64,000 nt of DNA from Spirochaetia bacterium. GTDB lineage: Bacteria; Spirochaetota; Spirochaetia; SP-2023. Below are positions 13,755-24,982 of this stretch, piece by piece. The position numbers were made by a program, and so were the translations under genes. The notes beneath the pieces were generated by a model. That model was not told where the DNA came from. It saw nothing but the letters and a program-made list of their open reading frames with translations, and did not search any database. The first letter of the stretch is position 1. Each line of letters opens with the position of its first letter. The stretch is from assembly GCA_965263295.1 (NCBI GenBank), contig OZ253665.1, positions 1,888,001-1,952,000 of the forward strand. The letters run 5' to 3'.

Positions 13755-16390
13755 AATCACAAAAGGCAAAAAAACACCGCAAAATACAAAAAATTCTTCC
13801 CCAGCCCCCTTTTTTACCTTTTCCCTGTCACCCACAGCTCCCCGTCCTGCCACCCACGGCTCCCCTGCCTAAATTTCGTGCCCTTTCGCCACTTTTCGTG
13901 CCTTTTCGTGGTTCCCCTTTCGTAGTCCCCCACCAAGTAACCACGAAAAACACCAAAAAAGTACGAAACCACACGAAAAATTCTAAAAAACCGCCCCTGC
14001 TACCTGGACGCCCCTCCTGCCTCCCGTCATCCATCCAGCCCCTATTTTCCTGCCTCCTTGCCACTAAAAGGAAAATTTCCGGCTCCCCTATCTAAATTTC
14101 GTGCCCTTTCGCTGTATTTCGTGCCCTTCGTGGTTCCACCCACAGCTCCCCGTCCTGCCCCCCACGGCTCCCCAGCCTAAATTTCGTGCCTTTTCGCTGT
14201 CTTCGTGTAATTTCGTGGTTCCCCTTTCGTGGTTACTATTTCGTGACCTTTCGCTGTCTTCGTGCCTTTTCGTGGTTCCCCTTTCGTGGTCCCCCCCCCA
14301 AGTAACCACGAAAAACACCAAAAAAATACGAACAACACCAAAAATTCTAAAAAACCGCCCCTGCTGCCTAAACGCCCCCCGCGCCTCCCGTCACCCTGTT
14401 TTCCTGTTTTCCTGTTTTCCTGACTCCCCGGTCACCCCCAGCCCCCGTCATCCATCCAGCCCCTTTTCTAACTTTTTACCTGCCTCCTTGCCACTCAAAG
14501 GAAAATTTCCGGCTCCCCAGCCTAAATTTCGTGACATTTCGCCACCTTTCGTGCATTTTCGTGGTTCCCTTTAAAGTTCCCCGGTCACCCCCAGCCCCCG
14601 TCATCCATCCAGCCCCTATTTTAACTTTTCCCTGTCACCCGCAGCTCCCCATCCTGCCACCCACGGCTCCCCTGCCTAAATTTCGTGACATTTCGCCACC
14701 TTTCGTGTAATTTCGTGGTCCCCCTTTCGTGGTCCCCCCCAAGTAACCACGAAAAACACTAAAAAGTACGAACAACACCAAAAATCCTAAAACACCGCCC
14801 CTGCTGCCTGAACGCCCCTCCTGCCTCCCGTCATCCATCCAGCCCCTTTTTTAACTTTTCCCCTGTCACCCGCAGCTCCCCGTCCTGCCCCCCGCGGCTC
14901 CCCTGCCGCCATTTCGTGATTTTTCGCTGTCTTCGTGCCTTTTCGTGGTTCCCCTTTCGCTGTCTTCGTGCCCTTTCGTGGTTCCCCTTTCGTGGTTCCC
15001 CCAAGTAACCACGAAAAACACCAAAAAAGTACGAACAACACCAAAAATTCTAAAACACCGCCCCTGCTACCTGAACGCCCCCTCCCGCCTCCCGTCACCC
15101 TGTTTTCCTGTTTTCCTGTTTTCCTGACTCCCCGGTCACCCCCAGCCCCCGTCATCCATCCAGCCCCTATTTTAACTTTTTCCCTGTCACCCACAGCTCC
15201 CCATGTGCCACCCGCGGCCCCCCTGTCGCCATTTCGTGACCTTTCGCCACCTTTCGTGTAATTTCGTGGTCCCCCTTTCGCTGTCTTCGTGTAATTTCGT
15301 GGTCCCCCTTTCGTGGTCCCCCCAAGTAACCACGAAAAACACCCAAAAAGTACGAACAACACCAAAAATTCTAAAAAACCGCCCCTCCCGCCTGGACGCC
15401 CCTCCTGCCTCCCGTCACCCTGTTTTCCTGTTTTCCTGTTTTCCTGACTCCCCGGTCACCCCCAGCCCCCGTCATCCATCCAGCCCCTTTTCTAACTTTT
15501 CCCCTGTCACCCAAAGCTCCCCATGTGCCACCCGCGGCTCCCCAGCCTAACTTTCGTGACCTTTCGCTGTCTTCGTGTAATTTCGTGGTCCCCACAGCCC
15601 CCGTCATCCATCCAGCCCCTATTTTAACTTTTCCCCTGTCACCCGCAGCTCCCCATCCTGCCACCCACGGCTCCCCTATCTAGATTTCGTGACCTTTCGT
15701 TATTTTTCGTGCTTTTCGTGGTTCCCCTTTCGCCGTCTTCGTGCCTTTTCGTGGTCCCCGCGGCCCCCCCGTCTAAATTTCGTGCCTTTTCGCTGTCTTC
15801 GTGCCCTTTCGTGGTTCCTTTCGTGCCCTTCGTGGTTCCCTTTAAAGTTCCCCGGCCACCCACAGCTCCCCATCGTCGTCCCCGCGGCCCCCCTACCTAA
15901 CTTTCGTGACTTTTCGCCCTCTTTCGTGCCCTTCGTGGTTCCACCCGCAGCTCCCCGTCGTCGTCCCCGCGGCTCCCCCGTCTAAATTTCGTGCCTTTTC
16001 GCTGTCTTCGTGTAATTTCGTGGTCCCCCTTTCGCGGTCCCCCCCAAGTAACCACGAAAAACACCAAAAAAAGAACGAACAACACCAAAAATTCTAAAAC
16101 ACCGCCCCTGCTACCTGAACGCCCCTCCTGCCTCCCGTCACCCTGTTTTCCTGTTTTCCTGTTTTCCTGTTTTCCTGACTCCCCGGTCACCCCCAGCCCC
16201 CGTCATCCATCCAGCCCCTTTTTTACCTTTTCCCCTGCCACCCACAGCTCCCCCGTCTAGATTTCGTGACCTTTCGTTATTTTTCGTGCTTTTTCGTGGT
16301 TACTATTTCGTGACCTTTCGTTATTTTTCGTGCCCTTTCGTGGTTACTATTTTGTGCCTTTTCGTAGATTTTCGTGTAATTTCGTGGTTT
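13755..16390 (+). repeat. Array of inverted-arm elements (6 A arms) with (CCTGTTTT)3-4 and C-rich modules
   Basis: A arms at 13938, 14303, 14744, 15006, 15327, 16049; many B arms. Confidence 0.9.
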
Positions 16391-16397
16391 GGTTCAA

Positions 16398-16438
16398 CAA
16401 AAAAAACGCCGCCCACTGTCTTCCGACAGGAGGCGGCG
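16398..16438 (-). terminator. Rho-independent terminator of the repeat lipoprotein
   Basis: Minus strand CGCCGCC-TC-CTGTC-GGAA-GACAG-TG-GGCGGCG then T-run. Confidence 0.85.
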
Positions 16439-16480
16439 CGGCGTAGGCGAAAAAGCTAACGCGAAAAGTTAATTACCCAA

Positions 16481-18562
16481 TTACTGAGCAACCGTCAGAG
16501 AAATATTATGGGTTACACTAGATCCCAGATCAACTGTGACCTTCGAATTTGCTACATCAACAGCCAGCTTAGTTTTATCAAAAGCGCCATCAACTTCGCC
16601 TTGTTCTGACCCACTAAGATTTGTATAAGCAGACAAAGCCTTAACTGCGTCCAAAATGGCCTTTTTGGTATCATCATCATCGGCAATTGTTGTGCCCTGA
16701 GCAAGCTCTAGGGTCGCTATTGCTTTAACAAATGTATTTAAGTCAAAAAGATTGCCAGTGCCACCGCCAGCAGCAACCGTCAGAGAAATATTATGGGTTA
16801 CACTAGATCCCAGATCAACTGTGACCTTCGAATTTGCTACATCAACAGCCAGCTTAGTTTTATCAAAAGCGCCATCAACTTCGCCTTGTTCTGACCCACT
16901 AAGATTTGTATAAGCAGACAAAGCCTTAACTGCGTCCAAAATGGCCTTTTTGGTATCATCATCATCGGCAATTGTTGTGCCCTGAGCAAGCTCTAGGGTC
17001 GCTATTGCTTTAACAAATGTATTTAAGTCAAAAAGATTGCCAGTGCCACCGCCAGCAGCAACCGTCAGAGAAATATTATGGGTTACACTAGATCCCAGAT
17101 CAACTGTGACCTTCGAATTTGCTACATCAACAGCCAGCTTAGTTTTATCAAAAGCGCCATCAACTTCGCCTTGTTCTGACCCACTAAGATTTGTATAAGC
17201 AGACAAAGCCTTAACTGCGTCCAAAATGGCCTTTTTGGTATCATCATCATCGGCAATTGTTGTGCCCTTAGCAAGCTCTAGGGTCGCTATTGCTTTAACA
17301 AATGTATTTAAGTCAAAAAGATTGCCAGTGCCACCGCCAGCAGCAACCGTCAGAGAAATATTATGGGTTACACTAGATCCCAGATCAACTGTGACCTTCG
17401 AATTTGCTACATCAACAGCCAGCTTAGTTTTATCAAAAGCGCCATCAACTTCGCCTTGTTCTGACCCACTAAGATTTGTATAAGCAGACAAAGCCTTAAC
17501 TGCGTCCAAAATGGCCTTTTTGGTATCATCATCATCGGCAATTGTTGTGCCCTGAGCAAGCTCTAGGGTCGCTATTGCTTTAACAAATGTATTTAAGTCA
17601 AAAAGATTGCCAGTGCCACCGCCAGCAGCAACCGTCAGAGAAATATTATGGGTTACACTAGATCCCAGATCAACTGTGACCTTCGAATTTGCTACATCAA
17701 CAGCCAGCTTAGTTTTATCAAAAGCGCCATCAACTTCGCCTTGTTCTGACCCACTAAGATTTGTATAAGCAGACAAAGCCTTAACTGCGTCCAAAATGGC
17801 CTTTTTGGTATCATCATCATCGGCAATTGTTGTGCCCTTAGCAAGCTCTAGGGTCGCTATTGCTTTAACAAATGTATTTAAGTCAAAAAGATTGCCAGTG
17901 CCACCGCCAGCAGCAACCGTCAGCTCAATTTTCTTGGATGGAGTCGTAAGTACAACACTGGCAGGAGTTTGCCCTGAAGCTGGAGTAACCTTCAGATTAT
18001 CTTTGGCAAAATATCCATCAAAAGTTGATTTTTCGGTGCCAAGCTTGTCATAGAACAGAACCTTTTTAGCTTTCGCTTTAGCTGCCTCCAAAATGGCAGT
18101 TTTGATATCATCAGTATCGGCAATTTTTGTGTCAGAAGGAAGCTCTAGGCCATCTGCCACAATCTTGTCAAGCAATTCGCGAGCCTCAGGCTGGAGCAAA
18201 TAAAAAGTTCCTTCACCTTTCTTTACTTTAGTATTTTCATCTGCAGCTACTTTGCCGTAAAAGACTGTTAGACCAATGGGCATTGCAGCAGGGTCATTAA
18301 AAGTTAATCCTCCTCCATTTTTATCTGAATTATAGAATAAAGGGGATGAAAGTTCTCCGTCTGTACCAAATAGAGCATTGTAAGTGGCGGTTTCTTTATC
18401 ACCCACCACTGCACCCACATAAGTTTTATCAGTATCATTTGGTAAAACCGTTGGATTCGTAAAGCTGTTGGCGGCAGAGCTTCCGCCGTCATCGCTGTCG
18501 TCGCAGGCGAAGAACGCCAGCCCGACCAGCAACATAGGAATTAAATAGAATATTTTCCGCAT
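16481..18562 (-). CDS. Surface lipoprotein with five 95-aa tandem repeats
   Basis: MRKIFYLIPMLLVGLAFFAC signal after AAGGAG; 693 aa. Confidence 0.85.
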   Translation of the reverse strand: MRKIFYLIPMLLVGLAFFACDDSDDGGSSAANSFTNPTVLPNDTDKTYVGAVVGDKETATYNALFGTDGELSSPLFYNSDKNGGGLTFNDPAAMPIGLTVFYGKVAADENTKVKKGEGTFYLLQPEARELLDKIVADGLELPSDTKIADTDDIKTAILEAAKAKAKKVLFYDKLGTEKSTFDGYFAKDNLKVTPASGQTPASVVLTTPSKKIELTVAAGGGTGNLFDLNTFVKAIATLELAKGTTIADDDDTKKAILDAVKALSAYTNLSGSEQGEVDGAFDKTKLAVDVANSKVTVDLGSSVTHNISLTVAAGGGTGNLFDLNTFVKAIATLELAQGTTIADDDDTKKAILDAVKALSAYTNLSGSEQGEVDGAFDKTKLAVDVANSKVTVDLGSSVTHNISLTVAAGGGTGNLFDLNTFVKAIATLELAKGTTIADDDDTKKAILDAVKALSAYTNLSGSEQGEVDGAFDKTKLAVDVANSKVTVDLGSSVTHNISLTVAAGGGTGNLFDLNTFVKAIATLELAQGTTIADDDDTKKAILDAVKALSAYTNLSGSEQGEVDGAFDKTKLAVDVANSKVTVDLGSSVTHNISLTVAAGGGTGNLFDLNTFVKAIATLELAQGTTIADDDDTKKAILDAVKALSAYTNLSGSEQGEVDGAFDKTKLAVDVANSKVTVDLGSSVTHNISLTVAQ
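16488..17912 (-). repeat. 5 x 285-bp near-identical intragenic repeats
   Basis: Unit starts at 16488, 16773, 17058, 17343, 17628; protein copies differ only at one K/Q site. Confidence 0.92.
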
Positions 18563-19141
18563 AAGAAAACTCCTTGAATGTATATTTTTACCCAAAATAC
18601 AAACTGGGCGCCCAAAAGTCAAGCCTGTATCGCGGTTTTGGCGCAAAAAAATCACTTTTTTCTCCTTTCGTGCCATTTCGCTGGCCAAGTAACCACGAAA
18701 AACACAAAAATTCTAAAACACCGCCCCTCCCTGCCACCCATGGATTACCTGCCTAAATTTCGTGACCTTTCGCTGTCTTCGTGCTTTTCGTGGTCACCTT
18801 TTCGCCACCTTTCGTGCAATTCGTGGTCCCCCTTCAAAGTTCCCCGGTCACCCGCAGCCTAAATTTCGTGACCTTTCGCTGTCTTCGTGCACTTTCGTGG
18901 TTACTATTTCGTGCCTTTTCGTAGATTTTCGTGTAATTTCGTGGTTCCCGTCATCCATCCAGCCCCTATTTTAACTTTTCCCTGTCACCCGCAGCTCCCC
19001 GTCGTCGTCCCCGCGGCCCCCCTACCTAACTTTCGTGATTTTTCGCTGTCTTCGTGTAATTTCGTGGTTACTATTTCGTGCCTTTTCGCTGTCTTCGTGC
19101 TTTTCGTGGTCCCTCTTTCGTGGTCCCTCTTTCGTGGTCCC

Positions 19142-19555
19142 CTAACCAGGTAGAAACTGATAAGCTGCGACAAGTGCGGCGATAGTCACGCCACTACAAC
19201 TGATCATGGCCGTCAGCGACCATCTCATAAAATTATTTATTTGCGCTTGCACCGACTCAAAACGCTTATCCACCTGCTCAAAACGCTTATCCACCTGCTC
19301 AAAACGCTTATCCACCTGCTCAAAACGCCTGTTCATCTGTTCCTGCACTTGCTCAAAGCGATCATTCATATCCTTTCTAAGCGTCAATATTTCACCCCGC
19401 AGATCTTGTTCAAGATGCGTTATGTGGTTCGTCTGTGCTTTAAGCACCAAAACAATGATCTCTTCGCTCTTTAGAGCCTCATTATTGGTTACTTTTTGCA
19501 TGGCTTTTTGGGCATTTTCGTCCAGCCATTGTTCAAAACCCGAATTGTCAAACAT
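19142..19555 (-). CDS. Membrane-anchored coiled-coil protein (DUF1640/CCDC90/Bdr-like), copy 1, 137 aa
   Basis: QVDKRFE heptads, C-terminal hydrophobic helix, GGAGG RBS. Confidence 0.8.
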   Translation of the reverse strand: MFDNSGFEQWLDENAQKAMQKVTNNEALKSEEIIVLVLKAQTNHITHLEQDLRGEILTLRKDMNDRFEQVQEQMNRRFEQVDKRFEQVDKRFEQVDKRFESVQAQINNFMRWSLTAMISCSGVTIAALVAAYQFLPG

Positions 19556-19576
19556 GAAAAAATACCTCCAAACCCA

Positions 19577-19605
19577 ATTCTAAATCTATCCAACATATTT
19601 TGCAA
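19577..19605 (-). promoter_or_regulatory. Cassette-internal sigma70 promoter, repeated before each array copy
   Basis: TTGCAA-N17-TAGAAT about 20 bp upstream of the ATG. Confidence 0.6.
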
Positions 19606-19790
19606 ACCAGATTTTGGTTCCCTCAGAATCCCTGGCCCCGTAACCACGAACAACACCAAAAATTCTAAAACACCGCCCCTCCCGCCTCGACGCCCCCCCC
19701 CTGCCACCCACAGCTCCCCGTCGTCGTCCCCGCGGCTCCCCCAGCCTAAATTTCGTGACCTTTCGCTGTCTTCGTGCTTTTCGTGGTCCC

Positions 19791-20249
19791 CTAACCAGGT
19801 AGAAACTGATAAGCTGCGACAAGTGCGGCGATAGTCACGCCACTACAACTGATCATGGCCGTCAGCGACCATCTCATAAAATTATTTATTTGCGCTTGCA
19901 CCGACTCAAAACGCTTATCCACCTGCTCTTGCGCCTGCTTAAAGCGCATATTCATTTGCTCTTGTGCGCACTCAAAACGCTTATCGACCTGCTCAAAGCG
20001 CTTATCCACCTGCTCAAAACGCCTGTTCATCTGTTCCTGCACTTGCTCAAAGCGATCATTCATATCCTTTCTAAGCGTCAATATTTCACCCCGCAGATCT
20101 TGTTCAAGATGCGTTATGTGGTTCGTCTGTGCTTTAAGCACCAAAACAATGATCTCTTCGCTCTTTAGAGCCTCATTATTGGTTACTTTTTGCATGGCTT
20201 TTTGAGCATTTTCGTCCAGCCATTGTTCAAAACCCGAATTGTCAAACAT
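19791..20249 (-). CDS. Coiled-coil cassette protein copy 2, 152 aa
   Basis: Same as copy 1 with a CAQEQMNMRFKQAQE insert. Confidence 0.8.
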   Translation of the reverse strand: MFDNSGFEQWLDENAQKAMQKVTNNEALKSEEIIVLVLKAQTNHITHLEQDLRGEILTLRKDMNDRFEQVQEQMNRRFEQVDKRFEQVDKRFECAQEQMNMRFKQAQEQVDKRFESVQAQINNFMRWSLTAMISCSGVTIAALVAAYQFLPG

Positions 20250-20741
20250 GAAAAATACCTCCAAACCCAATTCTAAATCTATCCAACATATTTTGCAAAC
20301 CAGATTTTGGTTCCCCCTCAGAATCCCTGGCCCCGTAACCACGAACAACACCAAAAATTCTAAAACACCGCCCCTCCCTGCCACCCATGGATTACCCGTC
20401 TAAATTTCGTGACCTTTCGCTGTCTTCGTGCTTTTCGTGGTCACCTTTTCGCCACCTTTCGTGCAATTCGTGGTCCCCCTTTAAAGTTCCCCGGTCACCC
20501 GCAGCCCCCCATCGTTTCACCCGCGGCTCCCCAGCCTAAATTTCGTGACCTTTCGCTGTCTTCGTGCACTTTCGTGGTCCCCCTTTAAAGTTCCCCGGTC
20601 ACCCGCAGCTCCCCATCGTTTCACCCGCGGCCCCCCTACCTAACTTTCGTGATTTTTCGCTGTCTTCGTGTAATTTCGTGGTTACTATTTCGTGCCTTTT
20701 CGCTGTCTTCGTGCTTTTCGTGGTCCCTCTTTCGTGGTCCC

Positions 20742-21197
20742 CTAACCAGGTAGAAACTGATAAGCTGCGACAAGTGCGGCGATAGTCACGCCACTACAAC
20801 TGATCATGGCCGTCAGCGACCATCTCATAAAACTATTTATTTGCGCTTGCACCGACTCAAAACGCTTATCCACCTGCTCAAAACGCTTATCCACCTGCTC
20901 AAAACGCTTGTCCACCTGCTCAAAACGCTTGTCCACCTGCTCAAAACGCCTGTTCATCTGTTCCTGCACTTGCTCAAAGCGCTTGTCGACTTGCTCAAAG
21001 CGATCATTCATATCCTTTCTAAGCGTCAATATTTCACCCCGCAGATCTTGTTCAAGATGCGTTATGTGGTTCGTCTGTGCTTTAAGCACCAAAACAATGA
21101 TTTCTTCGCTCTTTAGAGCCTCATTATTGGTTACTTTTTGCATGGCTTTTTGAGCATTTTCGTCCAGCCATTGTTCAAAACCCGAATTGTCAAACAT
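20742..21197 (-). CDS. Coiled-coil cassette protein copy 3, 151 aa
   Basis: Five QVDKRFE heptads. Confidence 0.8.
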   Translation of the reverse strand: MFDNSGFEQWLDENAQKAMQKVTNNEALKSEEIIVLVLKAQTNHITHLEQDLRGEILTLRKDMNDRFEQVDKRFEQVQEQMNRRFEQVDKRFEQVDKRFEQVDKRFEQVDKRFESVQAQINSFMRWSLTAMISCSGVTIAALVAAYQFLPG

Positions 21198-21468
21198 GAA
21201 AAAATACCTCCAAACCCAATTCTAAATCTATCCAACATATTTTGCAAACCAGATTTTGGTTCCCTCAGAATCCCTGGCCCCGTAACCACGAACAACACCA
21301 AAAATTCTAAAACACCGCCCCTCCCGCCTGAACGCCCCCCCTGCCACCCATGGATTACCCGTCTAAATTTCGTGACTTTTCGCTGTCTTCGTGCTTTTCG
21401 TGGTCCCCGCGGCTCCCCCTACCTAACTTTCGTGATTTTTCGCTGTCTTCGTGCCCTTTCGTGGTCCC

Positions 21469-21861
21469 CTAACCAGGTAGAAACTGATAAGCTGCGACAA
21501 GTGCGGCGATAGTCACGCCACTACAACTGATCATGGCCGTCAGCGACCATCTCATAAAATTATTTATTTGCGCTTGCACCGACTCAAAACGCTTATCCAC
21601 CTGCTCAAAACGCTTATCCACCTGCTCAAAACGCCTGTTCATCTGTTCCTGCACTTGCTCAAAGCGATCATTCATATCCTTTCTAAGCGTCAATATTTCA
21701 CCCCGCAGATCTTGTTCAAGATGCGTTATGTGGTTCGTCTGTGCTTTAAGCACCAAAACAATGATCTCTTCGCTCTTTAGAGCCTCATTATTGGTTACTT
21801 TTTGCATGGCTTTTTGAGCATTTTCGTCCAGCCATTGTTCAAAACCCGAATTGTCAAACAT
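21469..21861 (-). CDS. Coiled-coil cassette protein copy 4, 130 aa
   Basis: Two QVDKRFE heptads. Confidence 0.8.
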   Translation of the reverse strand: MFDNSGFEQWLDENAQKAMQKVTNNEALKSEEIIVLVLKAQTNHITHLEQDLRGEILTLRKDMNDRFEQVQEQMNRRFEQVDKRFEQVDKRFESVQAQINNFMRWSLTAMISCSGVTIAALVAAYQFLPG

Positions 21862-22086
21862 GAAAAATACCTCCAAACCCAATTCTAAATCTATCCAACA
21901 TATTTTGCAAACCAGATTTTGGTTCCCTCAGAATCCCTGGCCCCGTAACCACGAACAACACCAAAAATTCTAAAACACCGCCCCTCCCGCCTCGACGCCC
22001 CCCCTGCCACCCATGGATTACCTGCCTAAATTTCGTGCCTTTTCGTAGATTTTCGTGTAATTTCGTGGTCCCTCTTTCGTGGTCCC

Positions 22087-22545
22087 CTAACCAGGTAGAA
22101 ACTGATAAGCTGCGACAAGTGCGGCGATAGTCACGCCACTACAACTGATCATGGCCGTCAGCGACCATCTCATAAAATTATTTATTTGCGCTTGCACCGA
22201 CTCAAAACGCTTATCCACCTGCTCTTGCGCCTGCTTAAAGCGCATATTCATTTGCTCTTGTGCGCACTCAAAACGCTTATCGACCTGCTCAAAGCGCTTA
22301 TCCACCTGCTCAAAACGCCTGTTCATCTGTTCCTGCACTTGCTCAAAGCGATCATTCATATCCTTTCTAAGCGTCAATATTTCACCCCGCAGATCTTGTT
22401 CAAGATGCGTTATGTGGTTCGTCTGTGCTTTAAGCACCAAAACAATGATCTCTTCGCTCTTTAGAGCCTCATTATTGGTTACTTTTTGCATGGCTTTTTG
22501 GGCATTTTCGTCCAGCCATTGCTCAAAACCCGAATTGTCAAACAT
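22087..22545 (-). CDS. Coiled-coil cassette protein copy 5, 152 aa
   Basis: Same protein as copy 2. Confidence 0.8.
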   Translation of the reverse strand: MFDNSGFEQWLDENAQKAMQKVTNNEALKSEEIIVLVLKAQTNHITHLEQDLRGEILTLRKDMNDRFEQVQEQMNRRFEQVDKRFEQVDKRFECAQEQMNMRFKQAQEQVDKRFESVQAQINNFMRWSLTAMISCSGVTIAALVAAYQFLPG

Positions 22546-22903
22546 GAAAAATACCTCCAAACCCAATTCTAAATCTATCCAACATATTTTGCAAACCAGA
22601 TTTTGGTTCCCTCAGAATCCCTGGCCCCGTAACCACGAACAACACCAAAAATTCTAAAACACCGCCCCTCCCGCCTCGACGCCCCCACAGCTCCCGTTCT
22701 CCATCCAGCCCCTATTTTAACTTTTCCCTGTCACCCGCAGCTCCCCGTCGTCGTCCCCGCGACCCCCCAGCCTAACTTTCGTGACCTTTCGCTGTCTTCG
22801 TGCCCTTTCGTGGTTACTATTTCGTGACCTTTCGCTGTCTTCGTGCACTTTCGTGGTTACTATTTCGTGACTTTTCGCTGTCTTCGTGTAATTTCGTGGT
22901 CCC

Positions 22904-23359
22904 CTAACCAGGTAGAAACTGATAAGCTGCGACAAGTGCGGCGATAGTCACGCCACTACAACTGATCATGGCCGTCAGCGACCATCTCATAAAACTATTT
23001 ATTTGCGCTTGCACCGACTCAAAACGCTTATCCACCTGCTCAAAACGCTTATCCACCTGCTCAAAACGCTTGTCCACCTGCTCAAAACGCTTGTCCACCT
23101 GCTCAAAACGCCTGTTCATCTGTTCCTGCACTTGCTCAAAGCGCTTGTCGACTTGCTCAAAGCGATCATTCATATCCTTTCTAAGCGTCAATATTTCACC
23201 CCGCAGATCTTGTTCAAGATGCGTTATGTGGTTCGTCTGTGCTTTAAGCACCAAAACAATGATTTCTTCGCTCTTTAGAGCCTCATTATTGGTTACTTTT
23301 TGCATGGCTTTTTGAGCATTTTCGTCCAGCCATTGTTCAAAACCCGAATTGTCAAACAT
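22904..23359 (-). CDS. Coiled-coil cassette protein copy 6, 151 aa
   Basis: Same protein as copy 3. Confidence 0.8.
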   Translation of the reverse strand: MFDNSGFEQWLDENAQKAMQKVTNNEALKSEEIIVLVLKAQTNHITHLEQDLRGEILTLRKDMNDRFEQVDKRFEQVQEQMNRRFEQVDKRFEQVDKRFEQVDKRFEQVDKRFESVQAQINSFMRWSLTAMISCSGVTIAALVAAYQFLPG

Positions 23360-23699
23360 GAAAAAATACCTCCAAACCCAATTCTAAATCTATCCAACAT
23401 ATTTTGCAAACCAGATTTTGGTTCCCCCTCAGAGTCCCTGGCCAAGTAACCACGAACAACACCAAAAATTCTAAAACACCGCCCCTCCCGCCTCGACGCC
23501 CCCCCTGCCTCCCATGGATTACCCGTCTAAATTTCGTGACCTTTCGCTGTCTTCGTGCTTTTCGTGGTCACCTTTTCGCCACCTTTCGTGCCCTTCGTGG
23601 TCCCCGCGGCTCCCCCAGCCTAACTTTCGTGACTTTTCGCTGTCTTCGTGCCCTTTCGTGTTCGTGCCTTTTCGCTGTCTTCGTGCTTTTCGTGGTCCC

Positions 23700-24179
23700 C
23701 TAACCAGGTAGAAACTGATAAGCTGCGACAAGTGCGGCGATAGTCACGCCACTACAACTGATCATGGCCGTCAGCGACCATCTCATAAAATTATTTATTT
23801 GCGCTTGCACCGACTCAAAACGCTTATCCACCTGCTCTTGCGCCTGCTTAAAGCGCATATTCATTTGCTCTTGTGCGCACTCAAAACGCTTATCGACCTG
23901 CTCAAAGCGCTTGTCCACCTGCTCAAAACGCCTGTTCATCTGTTCCTGCACTTGCTCAAAGCGCTTGTCGACTTGCTCAAAGCGATCATTCATATCCTTT
24001 CTAAGCGTCAATATTTCACCCCGCAGATCTTGTTCAAGATGCGTTATGTGGTTCGTCTGTGCTTTAAGCACCAAAACAATGATCTCTTCGCTCTTTAGAG
24101 CCTCATTATTGGTTACTTTTTGCATGGCTTTTTGAGCATTTTCGTCCAGCCATTGCTCAAAACCCGAATTGTCAAACAT
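23700..24179 (-). CDS. Coiled-coil cassette protein copy 7, 159 aa
   Basis: Hybrid of the copy-3 and copy-2 repeat patterns. Confidence 0.8.
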   Translation of the reverse strand: MFDNSGFEQWLDENAQKAMQKVTNNEALKSEEIIVLVLKAQTNHITHLEQDLRGEILTLRKDMNDRFEQVDKRFEQVQEQMNRRFEQVDKRFEQVDKRFECAQEQMNMRFKQAQEQVDKRFESVQAQINNFMRWSLTAMISCSGVTIAALVAAYQFLPG

Positions 24180-24523
24180 GAAAAAATACCTCCAAACCCA
24201 ATTCTAAATATATCCAACATATTTTGCAAACCAGATTTTGGTTCCCTCAGAATCCCTGGCCCCGTAACCACGAACAACACCAAAAATTCTAAAACACCGC
24301 CCCTCCCTGCCACCCATGGATTACCCGTCTAAATTTCGTGACCTTTCGCTGTCTTCGTGCACTTTCGTGGTCCCCCTTCAAAGTTCCCCGGTCACCCGCA
24401 GCCTAAATTTCGTGACCTTTCGCTGTCTTCGTGCACTTTCGTGGTCCCCGCGGCTCCCCAGCCTAACTTTCGTGACCTTTCGTAGACTTTCGTGTAATTT
24501 CGTGGTCCCTCTTTCGTGGTCCC

Positions 24524-24982
24524 CTAACCAGGTAGAAACTGATAAGCTGCGACAAGTGCGGCGATAGTCACGCCACTACAACTGATCATGGCCGTCAGCG
24601 ACCATCTCATAAAATTATTTATTTGCGCTTGCACCGACTCAAAACGCTTATCCACCTGCTCTTGCGCCTGCTTAAAGCGCATATTCATTTGCTCTTGTGC
24701 GCACTCAAAACGCTTATCGACCTGCTCAAAGCGCTTGTCCACCTGCTCAAAACGCCTGTTCATCTGTTCCTGCACTTGCTCAAAGCGATCATTCATATCC
24801 TTTCTAAGCGTCAATATTTCACCCCGCAGATCTTGTTCAAGATGCGTTATGTGGTTCGTCTGTGCTTTAAGCACCAAAACAATGATCTCTTCGCTCTTTA
24901 GAGCCTCATTATTGGTTACTTTTTGCATGGCTTTTTGGGCATTTTCGTCCAGCCATTGTTCAAAACCCGAATTGTCAAACAT
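24524..24982 (-). CDS. Coiled-coil cassette protein copy 8, 152 aa
   Basis: Same protein as copy 2. Confidence 0.8.
   Translation of the reverse strand: MFDNSGFEQWLDENAQKAMQKVTNNEALKSEEIIVLVLKAQTNHITHLEQDLRGEILTLRKDMNDRFEQVQEQMNRRFEQVDKRFEQVDKRFECAQEQMNMRFKQAQEQVDKRFESVQAQINNFMRWSLTAMISCSGVTIAALVAAYQFLPG

Noticed and set aside
11950..16260. Dozens of Pro/Arg/Phe-rich ORFs (e.g. TTKNTKKVR...) in repeat blocks, also at 30370-31833, 35772-36089 and 41603-42220
   Set aside because: Translations of non-coding repeats in several frames, with no RBS or coherent protein features
12074..16390. CRISPR array interpretation of the repeats
   Set aside because: Repeats are degenerate and inverted, spacers are reused modules rather than unique sequences, and no cas genes are present
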